DNA of 23,858 nucleotides from Rhizaria sp. SCN 62-66 (lineage: Eukaryota). A program made the translations under genes and the position numbers. The notes beneath the pieces are model-generated. The model worked only from the letters and a program-made list of their open reading frames with translations, ran no database searches and was not told the DNA's origin. This document shows, piece after piece, positions 12,486 through 21,777 of this stretch. Position 1 is the first letter of the stretch; the number at the start of each line of letters is the position of its first letter. The DNA is taken from assembly GCA_001724265.1 (NCBI GenBank), contig MEDY01000084.1, forward strand, positions 62,001-85,858. The letters are read 5' to 3'.

Positions 12486-13417
12486 ATGCTGTCTCGGACG
12501 GTCACCACTCCTTTCCGCCTGATTGCGCGCACCACCGCCGCGCTGTCGCGCCCTGTTGCGGCCCTGCAGCGTGCGCACAGTGGCTGCGGCAACCCGTATC
12601 ACAACCACCACCACGAGCACTCGGCCGCGTGCGCTCCCGCGCCCGCGCCCGGTGGCAAGTTCCGTCTCCAGACCACCTCTGTCTCATCCAAGCCCTCCGA
12701 TGCTCCTGCTGCGCCCGCCGCTGCCGCCGCGCCCGCTGCTGCTGCAGCTGCCGCTGCTGCCACGGAGCCCGAGGGCACGTTCCGGTCCAACTCGTTTGTT
12801 GAGAAGGCCGTGTGCGATCCGTACGAGCTCGGCGGCAAGCCCCTCGCGCGCGGTATGGTCGCCGAAGAGATGGCCGCCCTGGCCCCCGAATGGGAGTACG
12901 ACGACGCCGCCAAGGTCCTGCGCCGCACCATCTCTTTCGTACCCATGCACAAGCGCGCCCTCGCGGAGCAGGAGGCACACGCGCGCAAGCCTGTGCCCGC
13001 GGTGCTCCGTATGCCGCCCCCGCCACGGATGCCCGGCGCTGTGACTGGGCCCATCGACGGCCCTGGCGCGTGCGCGCACCTTGCGCAAGTCATCTCCAAT
13101 ATCTGCACAAACAAGTACGTTCTGCGATATTATAACTAATTCGCTCGACATCTCAGTGTCACTGTAATGTTTCATTTTCAAGTCGTCGCTTTTGTCTCAA
13201 TATTGCTTCGAACACTTCACTAACATAGTTCATAATGTTATCTCTCTCGTTCTGTATGTTTAGCGACCACTGGTTCTACAACGTGTCGCTGGTGCCGCGC
13301 AAGAGCCAGGTGATTGTGGAGCTCAAGACCGCCGGCCGCGCTGGCCTCACGCACGCTGATTTCTACCTTGCGATTCAGATTGACGCTGTGCTGCTTACCA
13401 CGTTCCGCATCTACTGA
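12486..13417 (+). CDS. Pterin-4-alpha-carbinolamine dehydratase (PCD/DCoH)-like protein with mitochondrial-type presequence, 260 aa; exons 12486-13114, 13264-13417
   Basis: LAPEWEYDDAAKVLRRTISF and ...ICTNNDHWFYNVSLV....VIVELKTAGRAGLTHADFYLAIQID follow the PCD pattern (W......L.R.F.F; V.I.L.TH..GGL...D..LA..ID). The N-terminus is rich in Arg/Ser/Thr/Ala and has no acidic residues. The intron is phase 2 (GTACGT..TAG), and the stop is TGA. Confidence 0.75.
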
Positions 13418-13993
13418 TTGAGTTTAAGTTGAATCTGCAGTGCAGTACATTTACTCTGCCTTTGCAGAACTACGATGAGCTCGCTCGTGAGCGATATTAA
13501 CTTATTAATATGTGTGAAGACTAAGTTGTGCTGTGTTTACCTCATTCTATTGCTTCTCTAATTGAGTGGAGACGGCACGACTCGCCTGCTACAGTTTGGG
13601 CCAGTGGAAACAAGCAACAACAGAAAGTTATTTAATATGTGCAACGATCTTGTCCGGCGTCGTCACACTGGCGGGAAGAACATCAATTCTTGCCGACAAT
13701 GGTGAGAGGGTGACAACAGTTATTTGGTTGAATCTTTACCACCGACGAGTACTCACGTACGTATTTGTGTATTAATACAGTTCGTAAGCATGGCTGTTTG
13801 TGAGTGACCAGCAACGGAATTGTCTGCCTTCAACTATTGGTCTATTAAGAGTATTCACGCTTACCATATTCTTGATTTTTATTGATTTCCACCACTGTGA
13901 CCGATATTAATAGATCTGAGGTTAAGCGGACAAAAAAAAATCTCGCGTCCACCCCGTCCGAGCGAGCCGGAGCGTGGGAGGGCTGGGTCGAAG

Positions 13994-14003
13994 AAAAAAA
14001 AAA
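13994..14003 (-). terminator. RNA polymerase III oligo(T) terminator of the tRNA gene
   Basis: T10 run on the minus strand, 4 nt after the discriminator base. Confidence 0.8.
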
Positions 14004-14007
14004 GAAA

Positions 14008-14080
14008 CTCCCACGACGGGATTCGAACCCGTGTTCAAGATTTTAGAGATCTCTGTCCTGGGCCACTAGACGACGTGGGA
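14008..14080 (-). tRNA. tRNA with anticodon CUA (amber suppressor-type), tRNA-Glu-like body
   Basis: The minus strand reads TCCCACG TC GTCT AGTGGCCCA GGAC A GAGAT CT-CTA-AA ATCTT GAAC ACGGG TTCGAAT CCCGT CGTGGGA G (73 nt). It has a perfect 7-bp acceptor stem, a D arm with A14 and G18G19, a 5-bp anticodon stem (G27.U43 wobble) and a 7-nt loop with U33. The variable loop is 4 nt and the T arm is perfect with GTTCGAATCC. Anticodon = + strand TAG at 14044-14046. Confidence 0.93.
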
Positions 14081-14500
14081 TGAGAGCAACCTCGAGCAAA
14101 AACCTCGGGAATGATCGATAAGGAGCTGGCTACTGGTGTTCTAAAAATACATGCAACGTAAGTGCATTGTTAATTCTATCGAAAAAACTAGAGCTACTAA
14201 GAGTCTTCAAAAAAAGACTCGGTTTTTGGTTAAAAGTTTTGATGTTATGGAAAATTGGGGGCAAATAGATTTTTTGTTAAATAGCATTATTGAATCTATA
14301 CTAGATTTGTTGAGCAATAAAATAGCTATCTATTTTTAAAGGAGATGATAATAGAAGAGGGAAAATCAAATGTATTTTGAAAAACATCGAGGAGAGAGCT
14401 CACTTGAGCTGTTTCAATTTCATTAAAGCTAATCGTTACTTTCCAAAGCAAACGAGGTGAGCGGGAGAGGGATATCATCGGAGATTCTTAACATGGATAC

Positions 14501-14533
14501 GAGACTAGACGAGACTAGACGAGACGAGACTAC
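14501..14533. repeat. Short tandem repeat (GAGACTAGAC/GAGAC) in the formin 3' UTR
   Basis: gagactagac gagactagac gagac gagacta, read directly. Confidence 0.6.
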
Positions 14534-14572
14534 TATACAGGCGAGGGGGAGAGAGGGAGCTAGGCTTAATGG

Positions 14573-17012
14573 TTAATGGGGACGCGCAGCGGGCGGCGGC
14601 ATGTTGGGCGCAGGCGCAGCGCTCGGCACAACACTGGCGCGCGCAGCGGGGGGCGGAGCCCGTGGGAATCCTCCGGCGGCCGTACTGCCGCGCGCCGAGG
14701 GTGGCGGCGGCGCACCGCTGAGTCCGCCGACACCAGGTACAACAAGTACAGATCCGCGCGCGGCGTCGAACATGCGGCGCGTGTCCTGGTTCGCTGACCG
14801 TGCGGCACGGCGCGCGTTGATCTCCTTGAGAATGTCGGCCGAGTTGCCGCCGCGCAGCGTCGCGCCGACCTTGCGGCCGAGCCCGTCCGCGGGCGCACCG
14901 GCTGCAGCGCCCGCGGCCGCGCCAGAGGCACCGGCAGCGGCATCGTCGCCCGCACCAGTAGCAGCGGCGGCGGCGGTGGAGGAACCGCGGCTCTTGAGCC
15001 CTGAGGGCGACGCGCCCTCGATCGTCACCACCGGGCCCGACGCCGCAGCCGCGGCACCAGCGCCCGCGCCAGCAGCGGCATTGGCGTCGCCGGCGTTGGC
15101 GTCGTCGGCCGGCTTGCGGGACTTAAGCCCTGCGACGCCCATCGCGGCCGCAGCCGCCAGCGCGCCCATGTTCGGCGCAGCGCCAGCAGCACCGCCAGCG
15201 CCAGCAGCGGCGCCAGCAGCGGCGGCGCCGGGGCCGCCCGCCTTGGCGCGCGCTTCGGCGGCGGCCTTGATGCGCTCTTGGCGCTCCTTCTCGGCGACTT
15301 CCTTGGCGAGCTGCTGCTGCGCCTGGCGCAACTGCGTGATGAACTCGTTGAACAGCGCAAACGCGGCGTCCATGGGGAACGTCTTGGGGTCTTCGCCGAA
15401 CATCGCAGCCACGGCGTCGGCCTCGGTAGCCACACGTGCGTGCTCAGCGGCCAGCGCTTCGGCCTGCGGCGCGTACTCGGCCACAAAGGCGCCCATCACG
15501 GCCGCGAAACGGTCAGAGTCGGAAGGCTTGGCGGCCTTAACGTCGGTGGACGCGCGCGTCATCGTGTTACCGACACGCGCAACCTCAGACGCCAGCACAG
15601 CGGCCTCGACGCGAGACGCCGCGGGGAGATCCGTCAGCTCGTCCAGCAGCGTCTGCAGCGGCTTGCTGGCCGTGTCACGCTCCAGCAGCTGCACGAGGAA
15701 CTGCAGCAGGTTCGACTTGTTGTCAACGGTCTTGGTCGCCGCCAGCTTGGGCAGGAATGCGACCTTGAAGCCGTACGCACCGCCCTTGGCGCCGCCGCCG
15801 TTGAGGTAGTTGCCGAGCGCGAGCACGTACTCGAGCGTCTTGCGCAGTGCCTTGGACTCGCGCAGCGTCGTGAGCGTGCGCAGACACAGCTGCACCTTGC
15901 CGCGCGCTTCCTCGAGCTGCGCTGCAAACGTCTGCTTGAACAGGAAGAGCTCGAGACGGCGCTGCAGACGCGGGATCTGCGCCATTGCGAGGAAAAACCG
16001 CTCAGGATTGCCGAGTTGCTCGGGCGGCCCGTCGTAGCCCTGCACCATCTCGATCTCTTCGGGCGTGGGGATACACTTAAGCAGCGTGGTCACCTTCTCA
16101 ACGGGCAGCGCCTTCTCGTCCATGCTGAGAATCGCGTCGCGCAAGGCCTCGTGAGTCAACGGACGGAAGCGTGCGATCGCGATGGCGACGTTCTGCCCGC
16201 GCTGGCCGTCGACCAGCGTCACCACAGAGGGCGCGCCGCCGCCGACGGTGCTCGCGCGCCGGTCGTCCTTGCCGGGCGCCGCGCTGTCCTTGCCTTCGTC
16301 CTCGGCGCCCGCAGTCTTGGGCTTGGAGAGACAGAAGAGGGACTCGAACTCGGAGGCGTCGAGCGGCACCTTCTGGTCAGAGAGGTCGTTCCAGACGGTC
16401 TTTTCGACCTCGAAATCGTCGACCTTGGTCCAGTGCAGCGCGCGCATCTTGGTCCCAGGCGCGACAGACTTCTTAGTGTACGGCAGTTTCGCCTTGGGCT
16501 TGGGCGCCGGCGCCGCGGCGGGGGCGGAGAAGCCGAACAAATCGCCGGGTGGCGGGGGCGCGCCGAAGAGGTCTCCGGGCGGCGGGGGAGGCGCGCCGAA
16601 GAGGTCCGCGGGTGGGGGCGGGGGGCCGCCGCCGAAGAGGTCCGCGGGCGGCGGGGGGATGCCGCCCGCGGCGCCGGGACCGGGGCCGAAGAGATCCATG
16701 GGCGGAGGCGGGATGCCCCCGGGACCGGCGGAGGGGCCGAAGAGGTCCGCGGGCGGGGGTGGGATGCCGGGGCCGCCCGTGCCGGGGCCGAACAGGTCCA
16801 TCGGCGGCGGGGGAATCGCGGGGCCGCCGGAGCCGGGACCGAATAAGTCCATGGGAGGCGGCGGGATCGCGGGGCCGCCGGTGCCAGGACCGAAGAGGTC
16901 CATCGGGGGCGGCGGGATACCAGCAGCAGCGGCAGCGGCGGCGGCAGGGGCGGCGGCAGACGAGGGGCCACCGCACTTGCCACACAGCGCTGACGACGAC
17001 GAGGAAGCAGCA

Positions 17013-17045
<33 letters not shown>

Positions 17046-19302
17046 GGCGCGGAGCCAGCGGCGGCAGCGGAGGCAGCGGCCTTGGCGACGGCCTCCGCGG
17101 ACTCCGCGCGCGCAGTCTCAGTCTGCTTGTTGGCGTCAACAAGCTGGGCGCGGAGCTTCGCGATCTCGTCCTCGGCCGCCGCAAGCTTCATCCCGGCCGC
17201 GTGCGCGCGCTGGCGCTGCTCCTCGGCGGCCTTGGCCGCCTCGGCCAAGTCGGCGGCGGCGGCGGCAGCGGCGGCGGCGACGGAGCCCGAGCGCGCGGCG
17301 GCGGCGTCAGCGGCGGCGAAGAGCTCCTGCAGCGTCAAGGGCGCGGCGTCGGCGGGGTCGGGGTTTCCGAGCACCGCCGCGGCCGCCGGGTCCGTCGAGG
17401 GATCCGAGGCATGCGCCATCACAAGCCTGCGCGCCAGCTGTAACAACGTAGCCCACACAGCGTCGCCCTGCACGGGGTCGGTGGGTGCGGCGGCGAGCAG
17501 CTGCAGCAGCGGCAGCAGGTGCTGGCCGAAACGGGGCGCGACGTGCGACTGCAGGAAGCCGAGCAGTGCGGAGAGGTCCGAGTAGTCGAGCCCGCCGCGC
17601 GTGGCTTCGAGCGCGTCCTCGGCCGCCGCGGTATCGTACAGGTCCAACTGCACCTGGATCTCGGCCCACACGTCGTCTTTGCGCGCTGCCGCGGCCGCAG
17701 CGCCGACGGTGCCCGGCGCGCCCGCCGTGCCGGGGGCGACCGACGCCGCGCTCGCGCCCGCGGGGAGCTTCGCGGGCGTGCTAGGGAAAGCAGGATTCGC
17801 TGCCGCGGTGGCAGCGGCGGAGCCCGCGGTGGGGGAGCTAGGCGGGAGGATCGACTGGCGCCCGGGAGTGGCGCGGGTGCGGGACGCGGCGGAGGCGGCA
17901 GCGAGGGCGTCTTCGGCGACGTTCTCACCCACTGCAACGACGAGCGTGGATGTTGATGAGGCGGGTGCGCTGAGAGAGGGCTGTGTCATCAGACTCACGC
18001 CGACCGCGGAGGAAGAGAGAGTGGCGGGCACGAGGTGCGCGTACACGCCATCCTTGAGTCTGTCAAGCGCAGCAGGAAGCCCCGCCGTCTCGAACATCCG
18101 GCGCGTGTGCAAGCGGTCTTCGAGCAAGTCCGGTGCGTTGATGAGCGCGTTTACGAGCACGAGGGCCTCGCGCTTAACCTGCGGCGGCAGCGCGCCCTCG
18201 GTGGCGGACAGCGGCAGCGAGCCTGGGGACGCGGCCGCGCCCGCGCGCGGGGTTTGCGGCGGCGTCGAGGCTGAGTACGCAGAAGACGACGCTGTGTTGG
18301 GGTCTGGGCGCATGAGCATGTTGACGAGGAACTTGAACGGCACGCGGCCGCGCGCGGGGTCCGTCAGCGCCGAGTAGACGAGCGGGAAACCAGTGGTGAG
18401 GTCGGCGGACGCGATGAAGGCGCAGAGCGAGAGAACGAGCTCTTTGCTCTCACTGTCACTGCTACCGGCTGCAAGCAGTACGACGAGGGGCTCGACCGCG
18501 GCGGGCAGCTGCAGCAGCGAGCGGAGACCAACCTCGGTGTACGCCAGCGCGAGCACACAGCGCAGCGCGCGGGCGACAAAGACGTGCGAGCGTGCGGGGC
18601 GTTGCGCGGACTCAAGCAGCGCGCCCATGCCGCCTGCGCGGAGGAATTGGCCCATCCACGTCTTGGTCTGGCCGCCGATGACGAGGCGCAGACGCTCCAG
18701 ATCTTCCTCGTTGACTGAGTCCGACGTGAGCGTCGTCGCCCAGTGGTTCGGGTCGTCGCGCTGGCGGTCGCGCGCGCGCTCAGACGACTCCTGGCGCTGC
18801 GCTTGCACGAGCATCCATTTTTGGGCGAGCGGGAGAGCGCGCATGGCGTCGCGCGCGGAGGCCTTGATCTGGCGCTCCTCAATGAGCTCCTCCAGGAGCT
18901 TGTCGATGCCAGTCTGGTCGGGCATGTCAGAGTTGGTGGGCATCGCGGAGGCCGCGGCGTCCTTCTTGCGGCAGTTTTGCACGCAGGCCTCGCACAACCG
19001 CGTACCAGGAACGATATTCTGCGCGGGGAAGTTGTTCGTCTTGGAGCTGCATTCCTTGCAGAAGCTGCTCTTGCAAACACTGCGCAGGTCAAGGTGGGTA
19101 AGGTGGAGGTTAAAACAGAGGTCTAGTAAGCGACTGGCGCGTAGTTTTGTCAGGAAAGGAGCAGTGGGTGATGAGTGACAGGTGGGGAGCTCGAGAAGCA
19201 GTCTGGGATAGTGGGGGAAACGTACAAGCACTCGTACTTCTTTGTGAAGAAGCCGAATGTTTTGTCACAGCCGGGGCCTTGACAGGCCTTCTCGTCCGGC
19301 AT
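14573..19302 (-). CDS. Formin with N-terminal FYVE-type zinc finger, GBD/FH3, FH1 and FH2 domains, about 1527 aa; exons 19302-19226, 19079-14573
   Basis: The spliced N-terminus MPDEKACQGPGCDKTFGFFTKKYECFVCKSSFCKECSS...TRLCEACV has eight Cys with FYVE spacing. GBD/FH3 motifs are MRALPLAQKWML, WMGQFLRAGGMGALL and LVNALIN...RLHTR..F...GL. FH1 is polyproline. FH2 motifs are MRALHWTKV, RGQNVAIAI, PTPEE, ERFFLAM, LGNYLNG..GAYGFKV..L.KL..TK and LLQFL. The intron is phase 2 (GTACGT..CAG), and the stop is TAA. Confidence 0.93.
16531..16920 (-). repeat. Nine tandem PPPP-x-DLFG repeats (first units 51 nt) forming the formin FH1
   Basis: The translation shows IPPPPMDLFGPGTGGPA-type units, with DLFG occurring 9 times. 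Confidence 0.9.
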
Positions 19303-20039
19303 CTGTGTCGTGGAGCAGTGGGCGAGGTGTCGAGAGAGGAGGAAGGGGATGTTAGCTCGGACGATATGCAGGACGTCTGTTGCAGACGCATTTCTTCGCG
19401 TGAAGCCGGATTTTGTTTGAATAGAGATAATAAGTTTGGATAGCCAACTCAATTTACAATATCAACTTTCAAGAAAACACGGAAAAAAGCGGACGAAAAC
19501 GGCACAGCACCAGTGGATAAAAAGCACACGCGCTTGGGGTTTCATGTGCCCTCGCAGCAGCCCTCCTCCATCGCCGCCGCGCGCACTCAAACGGCTCTAA
19601 AACACACACATTTCACTTGCTTTGAGGATGATAAACAAGGGTTTTAAAAGTAATTTTAGAATATAGCTTTAAATGCTTTGTGTAGTATCAATATTCAGTA
19701 TTATTTTTACGACTAGTTTTTGTTTCTTACTGAAAAGGTACTTTGTATGAGTGGATAGATAGCTATGTTAAAAAAGTGACGAGCGAACGCGAGTCTCGGT
19801 CTCTTCGTCTCGTCTCGCGGGACAACTGGCCCGCTTCCACGCGTGTACCCTGTACGGGCGCACACACGCACGGCCCTTGAGGCTTGCAGCCAACACTCGT
19901 CATTCATCACGTAGAACAACACAGCGCAGCGCAATGCACGTGCACCGTGTCAAGTCAGTCCGTAGTATAGTATCAATGTCAGAGTCTGTGTGACAGCAAG
20001 CCTGTCTTAATATTGAAAAGCTCAGATGGTCTCCGCTGC

Positions 20040-21131
20040 TCACATCGGCTGCTCGACGCTCTCCAGCTCGCCGTTATGCTCACCGTCATACCCGTCTGCG
20101 TCGTCCGCCGCCGCCGCATCATCCGCCATGCCGTGCCCGATATCCCCGCCGGGCGCCTGCCCATACGCCAGCGTCCGCGCGTCGGGGTCGCCCTCACGCC
20201 GCGCACTGTTCCCGCCCCCGTTGGCGTCGCCGCGGGCGGAGCCGCGCGCGGTGCCGGCGCGGCTGTCGCCAGCAGAGCCGGTGCCAGTGTTGCGGCCGTC
20301 CGAGGCCATGGGCGCGTGCGTGCGCCCGTGCGACGCCAGCAGCGCCTCCTCGAGCTCGGCGTACGCGCGGCGCTGCTCCTCCTGCGCCTGCGCGAGGAGA
20401 TCGATGAGCTCGCGCTCGCGGCGCTCCATCGACGACACGCGATGCTCGTGGTCCTGCGAGCGCTCAGCCTCCTCGAGCAGCTTGCCGCGGAACGTGTCTT
20501 CCGCGCGCTGCCGGCGCTGATCGAGGAGTTGCTCGCGGGAGCGGCGGCCGTCCTGGTGCTGCTGCACGATCGCGGCCTTCATCTCGCGCGCGCGCTGGAG
20601 GCTTTGCTCGCGCTGCATTTGGATCAGCTCAAGGTTCTTGGCGTGCTCTTCGACGAGCTTGCGCGCTTCTTGGCGCTTGAGGGACTCGATCGCCTGCTCG
20701 TTGCTCTGCCGCGACAGCGCCACGCGCTCGCGGGCAATGCGGGACGCCTGGCGGATGCGTTCGGCTTCGCGCTGGCGGCGTGCAAGTTCGGCTTCCTTGG
20801 CGCGGTTACGCTCTTCGATCTGGCTGCGGTGCTCGCGAATCGCCTTGGTGCGCGCACGCGCCTCGTTGATCTTCGCCTGGGCCTTCTCCAACTCGATCTG
20901 TAGCGGGAGTGCAAGCAAGGCAGACAGTGGGGACGGGTGAGGTTAGGTGTACACGAGAGAAAGATTTGCAAGAGCGATGAGGTCAAAGACAAGAGAGAGC
21001 GGTGAGTCGGCACAGGGGCAACAGGGAAAGGGACGTACCTTGAGGAGCAAGATGCGGTTGGAAAGCTTTTTTTCCTCAATTTCTTTAAGGCGACGGTACG
21101 CCCGTGCTGCGTTAAGCATGACGTCGACCTC
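20040..21131 (-). CDS. Conserved coiled-coil protein of unknown function; exons 21131-21039 and 20897-20040; possible first exon 21496-21470 (MQSNSVLSI)
   Basis: An in-frame phase-0 GTACGT..CAG intron joins ...EEKKLSNRILLLK to IELEKAQAKINEARAR. A long E/R/Q/K heptad-rich helix follows, ending in ERRERELIDLLAQAQEEQRRAYAELEEAL, with stop TGA. The true start is uncertain. Confidence 0.7.
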
Positions 21132-21777
21132 CTAAGGTGGGCAACGGGAAAGTAAGGCAAACGCAATGGTGACTGGTGAGAAAAGAGACCTCTTGCACAG
21201 ATATACCGGGGAACATTTACAGAAAAACTGTTTAGATATAATAAAAACGCGCCAGCGACAGAGCCAAAAAAAGAGATGAATATCGCGTCACACGGATGTG
21301 GAGCGCCAGGCAAAGGCTTTCACGAAAGCGATAACGGCTGTTAGCACTCCAGAAACGGGACTCGACTGCAGACCAGCTGCTGCTGGTCGACCGACCGAGC
21401 CCAAGGCTTTCCAAGGACGAAGACTGCCGCGACGCGGAATCGGGCTTGTGTGCGCCAACGAGACCTTACGATAGAGAGTACCGAATTGGATTGCATTGTT
21501 GAGCAATTTTTGTGCTTAGTGTGCTAATTATGTGTTCCATGTATGGGGTCTAGAAAGTCTACGACGACTCTCAAAAAGCCCTACCGCAGAGCATGCAGAC
21601 TGCGTGCCCAACTGGCCCAATCCGCGTGCATTCCGCAGTGCGCAGCAGCTATTCTGCTAGCCCATACTTTTCATGCGCTTAATTAGTCCAAGTAGTGTCC
21701 CAAAACCACTCTTGTATCCAGCTCACCCGACATTTTCCCCTTCTATTTGTTCCTTTATCGCACTCTTCTGCAGCCAC

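Noticed and set aside
14008-14080. tRNA-Pyl (shares the loop CUCUAAA and G73)
   Set aside because: It lacks the tRNA-Pyl hallmarks (6-bp anticodon stem, single base between acceptor and D stems, tiny D loop without GG, 3-nt variable loop, no TTC), and no pyl genes are in the window.
14008-14080. tRNA-Leu(TAG) on the + strand
   Set aside because: The B box, A box and terminator are all on the minus strand, and there is no long variable arm.
16531-16920. Regularly spaced repeats as a CRISPR-like array
   Set aside because: They are in-frame coding repeats with synonymous variation inside a eukaryotic formin.
14601-19178. Long antisense and alternate-frame ORFs over the formin (likewise over Vps39, Sld5, the coiled-coil gene and eIF4E)
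   Set aside because: Shadow ORFs expected from very GC-rich codon usage, with no recognisable domains.
2736-21134. In-frame TAG triplets directly upstream of several exons (Mog1, Vps39, coiled-coil gene) as recoded sense codons
   Set aside because: They are the TAG 3' splice sites of AT- or pyrimidine-rich phase-0 introns, and splicing restores the conserved protein.
21673-21777. N-terminal ORF extensions of eIF4E (also 12378-12485 for PCD-like and 19080-19225 for formin)
   Set aside because: These stretches are AT- or pyrimidine-rich, end in CAG and have intron or UTR composition.
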